From: an uncultured delta proteobacterium
Lineage (GTDB): Bacteria > Desulfobacterota > Binatia > Binatales > Binataceae
Reading direction: 5' to 3'
NCBI GenBank assembly: GCA_963724765.1
Contig: CAVRVY010000001.1
Location: forward strand, 64,001 to 128,000
Length of the DNA: 64,000 nucleotides
The notes under the pieces were generated by a model. The model did no database searches. It was not told the DNA's origin and saw only the letters and a list, made by a program, of their open reading frames with translations. The number at the start of each line of letters is the position of its first letter. The first letter of the stretch is position 1. A program made the position numbers and the translations under genes. Shown in pieces: positions 1 to 11,426 of this stretch.

Positions 1-1827
1 TTCCCCCACTCTGCCCGATAACTTTCCGAGCACGTTGCCCTTGTTAAAGAGTGCATTAGCCACGTTGACGCGCAGGAGAAGTTCGGCGGCGGAACCGAAC
101 CGGCCTAGCACGTCGTCGTAGACAGCGATCGCTTTCTCATCGTGGCCAAGCAAACCGAGCGCCGCCCCTTTTCCGATAAGTGCACTGGCGACAAGCTCGC
201 GTAGCGGCATCTCGCCAGAGGAGGCGAATCTCGCCAACACATCGTCGTATACGGCGATTGCTTCTCCCGCCTGGCCGGGGATCTTTCTGAGCACGTTGCC
301 CTTGTTAAAGAGTGCATTGGCCACGCTCGCGCGCAAAGAAGGTTCGGGGTCAGAGCCGAACCGGGCCAGCACGAGGTCGTAGACTGCGATTGCTTCTTCA
401 TTGTGGCCAAGCAAGCCGAGCGTCGCCCCTTTCTGGATGAGTATAGCGGCGACAAGTTCGCGCGCCGGCAGCTCGCTTGACCTCCCGAACCGTACCAGGA
501 GGTCGTCGTAAATCGCAGCGGGTCCTTTACTCAGTAGTGCCGGAACGTTGAGGGTTGCTTTGTTGAGCAATGCTTTAGCGACGGAGCCGCGAAGCGGTTC
601 GTCGCGCCTGGCCCATTGCTTCCCCTCACGGAACAGCACCGCTTCCCTGAACTTGCTGTTCGGCGACGTGTATACGACGCGTCTGAAGCTACTGATTTGG
701 CGATCATCTTTCTTCATCAGGTGGGCGCCACCGCTGAAGATCAGCTGAGTAAGATGTTCTCTCTTCGGGAATCTAAGACAGCTTGGGCGATCAGATCAAA
801 AAAAGAGGTTCCTTTTTTGGCGTAAGCCATGGCGTCGAATGTATCTGGGCTGACGTAGTCTACGTGAACCCAGACGATCCCAGGCCGATTTCCGCTAAGC
901 TGTCTCTTGCAGCTGTCCGATATAGTGGAAATTACTTTTTGTACGAATTTCCCCGGTCTTTCGGAAGAAAGCCCAGCAACAACTCTTCGGTTGCCCTTCC
1001 GAGACATAAACATTGATCCCGGTTCGCAAAGAGTCCATTCGTGCCGCGAGTGCCAATCTTGGATATGAGGCTTCCGGAATCGCGCCTAGAAATTCGACCG
1101 TGGCACCGCTGCCGATCGTCACATTTTGTTTGGTCGCCGCGGCGGTGTTACAGGCTCCGACTAACTCAAGGAGATCCTCACGGCTAGCAGAAAGCCGATC
1201 CTTAACCCTTATGTTCAAAATTGGAATTTGATCCCTGGTTTTCCAGCCGTCGAACTTTTGCCGAAGTACCAGAAAGAACTTATCGGCATCTTGCGGCAGG
1301 ATTGGTTGCCCAGAGAAGATCTGAAGCGCCTTCGCTTCGATCTCGAACGTTCCACCGTCCTTCTCGGCGAGAAAATCGTGGCCTCCGTGGCCCTCCAAGT
1401 CTGCAAAAGTGACGTCGAACCCCAGCTTAGAAATCATGCCAGCTACACGCATCTCATGCTGAAGAGACCGGAGCCCGTTCGTCTTTAGGCCGCCCATGAT
1501 TTGGCCGCGAATTTTTGTCTGAGCCTGAACAGAAAGATGCGGAATTGTCTGTCCGAGACCAATGACGAAGTCGGTCGCCTCGTGAATATGGTCCGGAGTG
1601 CCGGAGAATTGACCTGCTACCCTTCTCCTAAGGAGCTCGAGATTCAACAGCTCTAGTTCAAGCGAGAACCTCAAGTCATCTGTCTCGGTAACGTATCCTT
1701 TGCTACGGAGGCCTCTGCCCAGATTATTGAGTAGGCGCCAATATTCGTCTCCGTCGCCGATCAGATTGATAAACGCCGCAACATCACCAGAAATATCGTC
1801 CCAGGTATTTGTAGAACGGTAACGCAT
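1..1827 (-). pseudogene. Frameshifted large ORF: N-terminal PD-(D/E)xK-like nuclease domain plus C-terminal TPR repeats, running off the left window edge
   Basis: ORF 895-1827 contains HDFLAEKDGGTFEIEAK (D...ExK). The reading continues in other frames via 741-1013 (QLSGNRPGIVWVHVD) and then LTQLIFSGG into repeated TPR-like units (EEAIAVYDxVLxRFG...ALFNKGNVL) in 1-520. At least 2 frameshifts (~1010, ~760). Confidence 0.6.
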
Positions 1828-2026
1828 TTGAAACGGAGCCCCGACTCAGAGTGGCACGCAAAAACAAAGCGATTCGAGCCGCGGTGTTGCTCTTGCCAAG
1901 GATAATTCGTCAGACGGCAAATGATCATGATAAAGACGCGACATGAACGGTGCAATAACAACGCGGCAGGTCTGCCCCTGACTCGGAGCAAGCCGGCGGC
2001 GCGCAAACTTCTCCAGCTCTTGCGCC

Positions 2027-2082
2027 AACGGACGACCTGCTGATTACGAATCCGACTGCTCTACCGACTGAGCTAGGGTGGC
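2027..2082 (-). tRNA. Truncated, degenerate tRNA-Thr(CGT) 5' fragment (pseudo)
   Basis: Reverse complement reads GCCACCC TA GCTC AGTCGGTA GAGC A GTCGGA TTCGTAA TCAGC AGGTC GTCCGTT. D-arm is intact and the anticodon is CGT, but the anticodon stem is imperfect and the sequence breaks off at the T-loop with no 3' acceptor strand. Confidence 0.75.
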
Positions 2083-2137
2083 GCCTCGCCGCGGGTACGG
2101 TCCTCACACAGATTGATTGCGAGTTGAGCCATTTCTG

Positions 2138-3354
2138 TCAGGCCTTGCTCGTCGCTTTGCCCATCGTCGTTGTGCCGTTGCCATTCCCATAGCGCGCTGT
2201 GCCTGGATTCATCGCCGTGGTATTCGGAGCGCGCGACGGCATGACGGATGTGCCGCGAACATCCTTCGGTGCCGGCACACGCTGTCCGCCGTCTGGACCG
2301 AGATTGCCGAGTTGCTGCGTCTGTCGGCCGAAGTCCATTGCCTTTACCCAGCCAGCCGGTTCGCCGCTATTGCCGGCGCTACCGTTGCCTATCTGAGCGA
2401 CCTTGTTGAATCCGGTCTGAAGCGCGCTTGTGATCGGTCGAATGATCGTCTGAGCAACATAAGCTGCTTCAAAGGCGTGGCTGAGCGCGAGGCCGACGGT
2501 TCCGCCGGCGATGCTGGCCGCCATGTGAGGCACGGCGATGCAGACGATCATAAAGACGATTGATAGCGCGGCGATAGTTAAGCATGGCGGGGCCGGGAAT
2601 CGTTCCGGAGCAGACGGTCGTGACGATCGACGCTGGGCGGTAGACCGTAGGTGGTCCACCAAGGCAGGGTGGCGGGGATGGGCTTGCAGGCAGCGACTAA
2701 AGCAGCGTTCCATTCGTTTGCCATCTGCACGCCGAGAGCAAGAACAAGATAGAAGAAGAGAAGTCGGACGCCGACGCGGATGACATAGCCAAAGTAGCCT
2801 TCCGCTGCAGGGGCGGTGAAGCGGTTGGCTCCAAGGCCGAGCAGAATCACTCCGCCGCCGACGACCAGATAGGATTCGATGAGAGTCAGCAAAAGCATCG
2901 CAGCTGTGACCACGAAGGCGAGCAGAACGATGAACGCGGCTACGCTCTGTACGATCGCCTGTTCGAAGTTGGTCATCATGCTGGCGTTGCCTGGGGAGTT
3001 GAAGATGATGTCTGGCGATGTTGGTCACCGATCTTGAGGACGCTTTGCGGATTGAGGGCGGGGAGTCCGGTGACAGATGCTCCGATCGCGGAGAAACTCT
3101 TGAGAACTAGCATTCATCCACGAGAACGCATTCACGATCATCAGATAGACGAATCCGCCGCTCAGAATGTGCTTTATCAGCCGGCCGAGAAAGTGCGGTG
3201 CATCGAGCTGTCCTTCGGCGATGAATTGAATCCACGTAACAAGGATGTCGATAAGAAGGAGCGCGACGAACAGCTTGAGGGCATACGGTTGGATTGCTGC
3301 GCTGTAATTCGCACCTGCGGTGTAAAATTGGGTCGCAATGTCGTTGAAATTCAT
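2138..3354 (-). pseudogene. trbL: TrbL/VirB6 conjugal transfer protein, frameshifted
   Basis: ORFs 3025-3354, 2578-2979 (TLIESYLVVGGGVILLGLGANRFTAPAAEGYFGY) and 2138-3028 (VPHMAASIAGG, low-complexity tail) join into a TrbL-like membrane protein downstream of trbJ. Confidence 0.8.
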
Positions 3355-3580
3355 CAGTCGTCTCCTGAGAAGCCTCCGGCTTCTAAGGTTGCGGTGGTGG
3401 TGCGGGCATCGTGTGACAGATCAGGCAGGCCGCGAGGGGGCTGGCGCGAGAAAAAAGTCTTCGCCTGCTCTGCAGCGACCTCTCCTGGTAGAGATGCCAG
3501 GCGCCGATAGAGCACTGCGCAGACTCCGATGATCGCCAAGACAAGAATCGACTGGGTTTTTGATTTGCTTCATCTGCTTC
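3354..3580 (-). CDS. Small protein between trbJ and trbL (TrbK/entry-exclusion position), probably frameshifted
   Basis: Position in the operon, a short hydrophobic N-terminus, and a split across ORFs 3421-3624 and 3354-3539. Confidence 0.4.
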
Positions 3581-4352
3581 ACCTGCCTCGGAGGATTCCT
3601 AAGGTTGCGGAGGCGGCGATGCATCGCTCGAAAGCATCAGGCAGTTCCGGACGTGAGGCGGTGCGCGAGAAAAACGCTTGCGCAGCAAGATTGCTTTGCA
3701 CCTGATTGTTGACCTGGTTCGCCGCCGCGACGTTCTGGGAATTCATCTGGGCCATCACGAGCTGTCGGAGCATCTGAACCTGCTGTACCTGCGCCAGTGC
3801 GATTTCGTTGCTGACCTGAACCGCCTGCAGATTACCTATCGCCGTCTGGTTCTTCAGCTCAAGGTTTTGAAGCGTGGCCTGTTCGGCTTGGAAGTTCTGG
3901 GCCTGCGCCTGCGCTGAAGCGAGCGCGCCGTTGAGCGTGTCCAGCGTGGTATCGACCGTCGTTTGCGGACTCTGGACGCCTGCGGTCGAGGCTGCATTGA
4001 ATCCCGGATAGAGCTGCTGGAACTGCTGCGTCAGTCCCTGAAAGGTATACGAGAGTCCTTCCTGCTGATTGATCAGATCGCCGAGGTTCGTAAGCAGATT
4101 CTGGTTCGACTGCCAGACACCTGCGCCGCCGCCGGTCGTGTTCTTGATCGCGTACTGTAGTTGCTGCGCGAGGTTCGTGACGGTAGCGGTTTCCTGCTGA
4201 AGCTGCTGGAGCTGGCGCGCGAACATATTCGGGTCGAAGACAATCTGCGAGCCGCCAAACTGTGCGCGGGCAGGAACCGAAGACGCGACCAACAGCCAAA
4301 CAACTGCGACCGAAACGGCAAACAAGAATCGGGAGAATCTTTTCGACTTCAT
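3579..4352 (-). CDS. trbJ: TrbJ/VirB5-family conjugal transfer protein (3' end possibly frameshifted)
   Basis: ATG at 4352, signal peptide MKSKRFSRFLFAVSVAVVWLLVASSVPARA, IVFDP motif, Q-rich helices, GNLQAVQVSN. Confidence 0.85.
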   Translation of the reverse strand: MKSKRFSRFLFAVSVAVVWLLVASSVPARAQFGGSQIVFDPNMFARQLQQLQQETATVTNLAQQLQYAIKNTTGGGAGVWQSNQNLLTNLGDLINQQEGLSYTFQGLTQQFQQLYPGFNAASTAGVQSPQTTVDTTLDTLNGALASAQAQAQNFQAEQATLQNLELKNQTAIGNLQAVQVSNEIALAQVQQVQMLRQLVMAQMNSQNVAAANQVNNQVQSNLAAQAFFSRTASRPELPDAFERCIAASATLGILRGR

Positions 4353-6872
4353 TGATGTATCTCCCTTTGATGAACTTTTCCGTTGGTATGGAACGGCGGA
4401 ATGCCGTTCACACTTAAGATCGCGTCGGCCGGCGTCTCGACACGACCGTTGAGTTTGTCGAGATACTCCGCCCAATCGTGCAATCCGCGCGCGCGAAGCC
4501 ATTCGGCGGTCCAGCGATCGCCGTGCTGTTCGATCATCCGTCGCGCCGCGAGTACATCCTCCTTCGATCCCGCGCCTATGAAGGCGAGCGCCGCCGGACC
4601 GAGTGAGAACTGGAACAATCGGCGCCCGAGCGGCGAAACGTAATAGTAGTGCCGCTTGGGAGTGGCGTCGGCGACGATGTCGATCTGCCGATTCGAAAGC
4701 CCGAATCGTCGGTACATCTCCTGCGTCCCGCTGTTCTTCGCCTCGGGATTCGGCAGATAGAGCTTCGTCGGACAGGACTCGAGAATCACGTCGCGATGAG
4801 GCGAATTGGCAATTTCGCTCAGGCTCTGAGTGGCGAGCACCACCGCCGCATTCTTCTTGCGCAGCGTGCGAAGCCACTCCTCGATCTTCGCGCCGAAAAC
4901 GCTGTTGGTCAGCATGATCCACGCTTCATCGAGGATAACGAGCGTGGGTCTGCCGTCGAGGCGCTGATCGATTCGGTGGAAGAGATAAGTGACGACGGGC
5001 ACGACGACCTTCGGCCCCATCGCCATCAACGTTTCGAGCTCGAAGGTGATGAAGCGCTCTTCGAGCAGAACATCATGGTCGGCGTCAACGAAGCGCCCGA
5101 GCGGACCCGCGAGCGAATAGGCGCTCAACCCGTCGCGCACGACATTGTCCTGCACCTGAGTGACGAGGTTGCTGATAGTGCGCTGCTCTGGCGGTGCTTC
5201 CGCGACCAGTTCCAGCGCCCGCCACAGTGCCTTGCGCTGATTCGGAACGAGTGGCACGCCCTGAAGCTCAAGCCAGTCTTCGAGCAGTCCCTGCATCTTC
5301 ATACGGTCGGTCTCGTCGTCGATGCGCGCGAGCGGACAGAGCGGAACCTCGTCCTCTCCGAGATCGAGATGCTGTCCGCCGAGAGCCTTGGTCAGAACGT
5401 AGGCAGAGTAGCCCTTGTCGAAGAAAAAGATTTGCCCGTCAGGGACTGCACGGAAGTTCGCCGCGATCGTGCCCAGCGCTACGCTCTTGCCGCTCCCCGT
5501 TGGACCGTAGATTCCCGTGTGACCGGTGTCGCCAACATGGAGGTTCAGCCGGAATGGCGTGCTGCCGGTGGTTGCGCCGTAGCACAGGGCCGGCGTGTTC
5601 TTCGGGTAGTAAGGGCATGGGTTGGTCGCGAGGCCCGCCCAGATGCTCGTTAGCGGCAGAATGTCCGCAAGGTTCTGAGTGTTAACCAGCGGACGGCGCA
5701 CATCGTACCAGCCGTGTCCGGGGAGCGAACCGAGCCAAGCCTCGACGGCGTTTATGGTTTCGTATGCGCGGATCGAAGCCCATGTTCTGGCAGACCTTGA
5801 AGACCAGTTGCGCGTTTTCATCGGCGACGTCGGCCCGGTCTTCGGTGATGATCACCTTCGGCGTGACGTAGCAATATCGAACCGCGCCGCCCTCGGCCTC
5901 GGTGATCGCCTCATCGGCGTCGGCTGCCATCCTGAGCGCATGCTGGTTCTGAAAAGCTGCTCCCGCGCCCGAGCCGAAATGTTCGCTGATGACGCCGCGA
6001 AGTCCGAGTCGCTTCTGGAACCAATTGCGCCGATACACGGTGAGCTGGCTGATCGCCGTCCGCGGGCCTACGGGAATCCCGCGCGTTGAGTAGCGGTAAG
6101 ATATCGGTAACTCGCTCAAGAACGCGGCCATCTCGGCGTAGGAGAATGGCGGGAAACCGGCCAGCGCGATGACGCGGATGTGCCTGCCGCCGATGCGCGG
6201 TTTGAACCCAGCGATCAAATCCTGATTGCCGAGAACCGCATCCAGATAAGTTGGCGTTGTCGGCGCGGCAACTTCGCACATCCGCCCGTTGATGCAGCTT
6301 GCGAGATGCGACAGCAATGCGGGCATATCCAGCGGAGTCAGTTTCCAGACCGGGCTTATCGCATCTTCAAACTCGCGGAGTCGCTGCTTGAACCATTCGA
6401 GCTGTCGTCGCCAGTCAGGACGCGACGGCGTGCCCGTCAGAAAGACACCGGCGATCCGCGTTTGCGCGTCGGCCGGCGGGCGATACGTGATCGTGAGAAT
6501 GCATCTCGCCTCGAAGTGCTGGCCCTCGGTCGAGTATTGGATCTCCCGCTCGCGATCGAGCGTCGCGCTGACCGGATCGGTAAACGTGCGGCTCGGGTAA
6601 TCAACGCTCGGATGACGGATGAGGTCGACGTTGTACATGAAGCCGTCGTCCAGACGCGCAAGCGCGCGATTGGCCTGAGCGCGGTGCGCGTCGAGTTCTT
6701 CGACACTCGCAGAATTGAGGTCGAGCCCTGAACACTCGAAGGCCGACAGGAACGCGCCGTCCTTCATCGCAATAGTGTAATCGTCGATCGGGATCGCGTA
6801 GTTGAGCTGGTCAGGCAGACCGAGCAGCTTGCCGCGCTTTCGTCTTAAATCCTTGAACTCTTTGAGGAACAT
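4349..6872 (-). pseudogene. trbE: TrbE/VirB4 ATPase, one frameshift near 5770
   Basis: N-terminal half 5682-6872 and C-terminal half 4349-5821 with Walker A GPTGSGKS, ILDEAW and ATQS motifs. Confidence 0.92.
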
Positions 6873-6890
6873 ACTTCTTCCTCTCTCTTC

Positions 6891-7232
6891 CTAAGCGCGC
6901 ATCTCCTTGGGTGTCGGTACAGATACGCGGATTCGGGGTGGCGATGCTGAGATTGGGGCGCGCGCCGGATAGTAGTCCTGATAGCGGATGTGGCGGACGT
7001 AGACCTGGCTCAACTGCGGATCGAACTTCGCTGCCTGGACCAACGCCCAATGGCCAACGGTCAGCAGGAACGCCCCCATCGCGACCGTGTACCAGTGGAG
7101 CCCGCCGCCGAAAATTAAAGCGGCGGCGGTGATCCAGTTGGAGATCGCCAATGGTCGCTCCGCTCCAGCCAGCAGAATCGGGCGGGTAAGCGATTGATGA
7201 ATCGCGCTTACCCGCCGCTCACTTTCAGCCAT
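6891..7232 (-). CDS. trbD: TrbD/VirB3
   Basis: IHQSLTRPILLAGAER...AKFDPQ...YVRHIRYQDYYPAR signature, directly upstream of trbE. Confidence 0.92.
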   Translation of the reverse strand: MAESERRVSAIHQSLTRPILLAGAERPLAISNWITAAALIFGGGLHWYTVAMGAFLLTVGHWALVQAAKFDPQLSQVYVRHIRYQDYYPARAPISASPPRIRVSVPTPKEMRA

Positions 7233-7250
7233 CGTCCTATCCTCCTCCGC

Positions 7251-7601
7251 CTAGAAGAGCGCTCCGCCCATCGGGAACAGCGTGGTCATCACTTGGGTGG
7301 CCCCAAGCGCACAGGCCCCACCGAACGCGAGCGAGGACATCTTTCGCACGCCGGTTCCATGCTCGCTGACCGACCACATGATGCCGGTACCGATGACGGC
7401 TGCGGTGGTGACCGCGTGGGCGACCGGTCCCTGCAGGTCGGTCTGCAGCGTTGTGAGCGGGGTGTCCCACGGAAGCGCTCCGCCCGCGGCGATTGCTGCG
7501 AAGGCCCTGACTGGCCAGACAAAAGTGATCATTCCGTAGGCGTAAGCAATCGATACTGCCCATTTTCTCCACGTAGCCTTTTTCCCTTCCAACCGCTTCA
7601 T
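7251..7601 (-). CDS. trbC: TrbC/VirB2 pilin
   Basis: Signal peptide, [10 protein letters not shown]...LQGPVA and two hydrophobic helices. Confidence 0.92.
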   Translation of the reverse strand: MKRLEGKKATWRKWAVSIAYAYGMITFVWPVRAFAAIAAGGALPWDTPLTTLQTDLQGPVAHAVTTAAVIGTGIMWSVSEHGTGVRKMSSLAFGGACALGATQVMTTLFPMGGALF

Positions 7602-7641
7602 TTCGCGTACCTCCTCTTAATTCGCAGATGACTTCAAAACG

Positions 7642-8628
7642 TTATTGCCCTGAGTCTTTGCTCGACTGCGTGTTTGGGGAAGTGAGTATGAATCCATCGG
7701 TCGCGCTGTATCCGTCGACACGAACCAGCTCCTTCACGCGCCGTCCTGCAGGCGTGCGGACGATGAATGCGAGCAGGTTGATCGTCTCGGCAATGAGTTC
7801 CGGTTGTGGCGGAACGCCCGCTTCCTGTACGAGACTGGACAGCCTCGTCAGCGCAGCCTTCGCGCTGTTGGCGTGGATCGTTGTGACTCCGCCCGGATGG
7901 CCGGTGTTCCACGCTTTGAGCAGCGCGAGCGCTTCGGCGCCGCGCACCTCGCCGATGATTATTCGGTCGGGGCGCAGCCGCATGGTCGTCCGTACCAGCC
8001 GCGTCATGTCCGCGGCCTCGGCGGTGTGGAGTTGGACGAGGTTCTTCGCGCGGCATTGGATTTCGAGGGTGTCCTCGATGATCACGTAGCGCTCGTTCGG
8101 ATCGGAACGCTCGACCATTTCGTTGATGAGCGCGCCCGCCAGCGTGGTCTTGCCCGAGCCGGTCCCGCCCGCGATTACGACGCTGCTTCGCGAATCGACG
8201 GCTTCACGCAAGATGCCGGCGTGCGCGTCGCTCAGGATCTCGTCGCGTACGTAATCGTCGAGCGTGTAGAGGACCTGGGCCGGCTTGCGCATGACGCAAC
8301 ACGGCTTTCGGGCAACCGGCGGAAGGAGTCCCTCGAAGCGGATTCCTCCGATCAGGAGTTCGCCTTCAACAATCGGATTGACTGAGTTCACCACGCTGCC
8401 AAGTGACGAGGCGACGGTGCCGATCAGGCTTTCGACCTGCGAAGCCGCGAGCACCAGACCGGCTTCGTGCATTCCCTTTGCGTACGATTCGAACCACACG
8501 CGGCCGTCTTCGTTGACGATGATCTCGGTGACGTTCGGATCGTCGATCGCGGCGAGAATCCGTGGGCCAAGTTGTCTCCGGAGCAGCTCGTCCAGCCGCC
8601 GCTCCTGGGTCTGCTGCGTCGAGATCAT
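7642..8628 (-). CDS. trbB: TrbB/VirB11 ATPase
   Basis: [43 protein letters not shown]. Confidence 0.95.
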   Translation of the reverse strand: MISTQQTQERRLDELLRRQLGPRILAAIDDPNVTEIIVNEDGRVWFESYAKGMHEAGLVLAASQVESLIGTVASSLGSVVNSVNPIVEGELLIGGIRFEGLLPPVARKPCCVMRKPAQVLYTLDDYVRDEILSDAHAGILREAVDSRSSVVIAGGTGSGKTTLAGALINEMVERSDPNERYVIIEDTLEIQCRAKNLVQLHTAEAADMTRLVRTTMRLRPDRIIIGEVRGAEALALLKAWNTGHPGGVTTIHANSAKAALTRLSSLVQEAGVPPQPELIAETINLLAFIVRTPAGRRVKELVRVDGYSATDGFILTSPNTQSSKDSGQ

Positions 8629-9125
8629 TCGCTGTCTCCGTGAGATTCCGCGGTGGAGTTGTCTTCTCCCCGACGCTCGCCGTTCTGGGACTCATCCGAG
8701 CTGGCAACAGGCTTCTTTCCGTTCGCGCCCGCAGATTCCATCTGCTTGATGGTGTCTTCGACCTCGAGCCGCCATCCATGGTGCCGCCGCTCTCCACTGG
8801 CCAGAGCTCGTTCGCGCTGGGCCTCGGGAATTTCCGGCAGGTGGGTCAGCATGCTCAGCGCGAATTGATCGAGCATGGCAAGAAGCATCGTCACCTGTTT
8901 GCTCAGCGGCCGGATGGCTTGGGCGATGTAGGTACGATTCGTGTCGATAATTTTCTTTTCAGTTGCGGCCAACTTGGACTCGGAAAGGCTCACGGCCGCG
9001 CGTCCGTTTGACTGGACCAGACGCTCCTGGATGTAGCGTGAGAGCGAAAGGCCGACCGCTTCAGCCTCTTCCTTCAATCGAGCGAAGTCGTCGCCGCTGA
9101 CATACGCCGTAAGTTGTCGCCTCAA
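8625..9125 (-). CDS. CopG/ribbon-helix-helix protein between virD4 and trbB
   Basis: N-terminal RHH pattern (QLTAYVSGDDFARLKEEAEAVGLSLSRYI); this position is typical of Tn4371-like ICEs. Confidence 0.75.
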   Translation of the reverse strand: MRRQLTAYVSGDDFARLKEEAEAVGLSLSRYIQERLVQSNGRAAVSLSESKLAATEKKIIDTNRTYIAQAIRPLSKQVTMLLAMLDQFALSMLTHLPEIPEAQRERALASGERRHHGWRLEVEDTIKQMESAGANGKKPVASSDESQNGERRGEDNSTAESHGDSE

Positions 9126-11426
9126 AGTAGTCTCTCCTTCTTCCGTCCGCGGTTCGTGATGGCTGCGGCGTCGGTCGCGTGGTCAACGGCAAATTTTAGA
9201 AACGCGAGCTGCGCAACCGGCTGCGGTTCTGCCGCCTTTCCGAGAGAGTTGGTTTGCGGTGCTGATCGATCCTGGGCGAGACTTTTCGTGTTCTGCGTGA
9301 TTTCACAGGATACGGACGATGCCGTCACTGCGCTCGCGGCCTTCCCGACGGTAGTTGAGTTCGCGACACGATCGCTTACCAAAGGCGCTGGAATCCTCGT
9401 GAGTCGCTTGAAAAGCCGCTCGCGGTAGTGCCGGAGCTTGGCCGCGCGAATCGCCGGCAGTCCGGAGGCAAAGATCAACGCGTCGCGGGGTCTCAGGTGC
9501 ATCGCCTCATCCGGGGTCAGCAATGGTCGCGCAAATTCCGGCTCCGACACGCTGGCTCCGGAACTTGAGATCGTCTGATGCACGTGGCGAACCGTGGTCT
9601 CGCCCGTCATCTGGGAGAGCAGCCGCGCGGTCTCGATGCCGTTCGGCCTGAACGCCACGCGCGTGTCGCAGTTCGACGTGATCGTCTCGTCATGGCCGTA
9701 GGCGCCACGAATCTGCGTAATGTCCTGGGCGATCAGGCAGGCCTTGATCCCGTATCCGGCGATCAGCGACAGCGATTTGGCGAACATGTCGAGGCGCCCG
9801 AGAGTCGGGAATTCGTCGATCATCAGAAGGAGCCGGTGTCGGTAGCCTGCGACCGCACGCCCATCGCGGTATTCAAGTCGCTCCGTCAGCCGGTTCAGGA
9901 TCTGGGCCAGCACCAGCCGCATGAGTGGCCTCATACGGTCCTGATCGGCGACCGTGACCGCGATATATAGCGAAAGCGGCCGGCGGTGATTGACCAGATC
10001 GTCGATGCGAAAGTCCGAAACGGCGGTGTTGGCCGCGATCACAGCCGGTGCCGGTAGCCGGTATCGCGCGCCGCGCGATACTCGAGCCGTTCGGTCAGAC
10101 GATGAAGGATCTGGCTCAGCATCAGCCTGATTAACGGCCGCAGACTGTCTTGTGAGCGAGCGAAACGACGACGTAGAGCGAAACGGGCCGCCGATGGTTC
10201 ATCAGATCCTCGATCCGGAAGTCCGAGTCGCGTATCAGCGATACCGGATCGCGGTAGAGCCGAGAAAGCCCTTCACCTCCGAGATGACGCCCGCTCGTTC
10301 TTTCGCCATGTCGAGCAAACTGCGCATCCCTCCGGCCACCAACGGATGAGTCCGAGTCGGATTGCCGTGCGCGTCCTTCCAGCCGAGAGGCCCGTCAGGG
10401 TCGTGGTCCGTGGTCATGATCTTTCCAGAGTCCGGTTTGTCGGCTGTGCCGGATCCGAAAGCCAAGCTTCGACTCCGCCAAGGTAGGTTCGCGTCCTTCA
10501 TAGAGCCTGTGGAGGATGAACGCCTCGAACGCCTCCGAGCCGGCGCGCGACCAGTGGTCCGGGAGTCCGCGGCCGTTGGGGTCCAGCAACAGTTGCACGA
10601 TGTTCTGAACGTCGCGCACCTCGTAAGGTGTGCGCAGCCGCACCTCGGCGAGCGGGTTGAAACGTGCCAGCCCCGATTCGGGTGAGGCTGGCTCGAACTT
10701 GAGGCAGAGCTGGCGCAGGCGCTTGCGGGCACCCGCAGTCAGCGCCCAATTCTCGCCCTTGAGGTCGTGAACGATGACAGAGTGCGGCCATGTCAGCAGC
10801 GTCGGGATCACGATCCCTCTGCCCTTTCCGCTCTGCGTGGGCGCGAAGACGAGGATGTGCGTGCGACCGCAATCACGGAGGTGCGATCGACGCCATACAC
10901 CCAGATAAACGCCAGCGCGGTGCGCCAAGGGTTTTAGAAGTTTCGCGCGCTCGGCGATCCTGCGAAGCCTCCGCGGCAGAAACCGGCGTTTGTCTACGAG
11001 TCCGGCCGCTCGAAGATCCCTGGTGTTGGCCCAGCGTGCTGATCCATGCAGATCGGATGGATTCTGGAACCATCCATGCCGGGCGACTGCAATCGCGCCC
11101 ATCGCGATTGCGGTCAGCGTAACCATCGGGTAGACCGCCTCACGCACGCACAGCTCCCAGAGTGGCGCGAGGGTCGGGTCGGAGTGCCAGCGTAACCACC
11201 AAACCATCCAGTTCCACGGACGGTAGAGCGATCCGACCAGCGGAAAATCGCACCACGGCTGGCCGAGCGCCGGCGAGTAGCCGAAGAGTCGTGCGGCATG
11301 TTGAGTCGTCATCCAGTTGACCACCACGAACACCGATCCCAGCGAGAGCAGGACGACAATCTTGATCTGACTGAGACGCGTGTCGGCCGCTGTGCCTGAG
11401 AGGCGATAGGGGCGTTGTTCAGCCAT
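9122..11426 (-). pseudogene. traG: TraG/VirD4 type IV coupling protein, frameshifted, with an internal diverged duplication
   Basis: LHGSARWA, FAPTQSGKGRGIVIPTLLTW, HDLKGEN, FNPLAEVR, LLMIDEFPTLG and PLLTPDE are spread over ORFs 10395-11582, 10235-10732 and 9122-10042. Confidence 0.9.
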
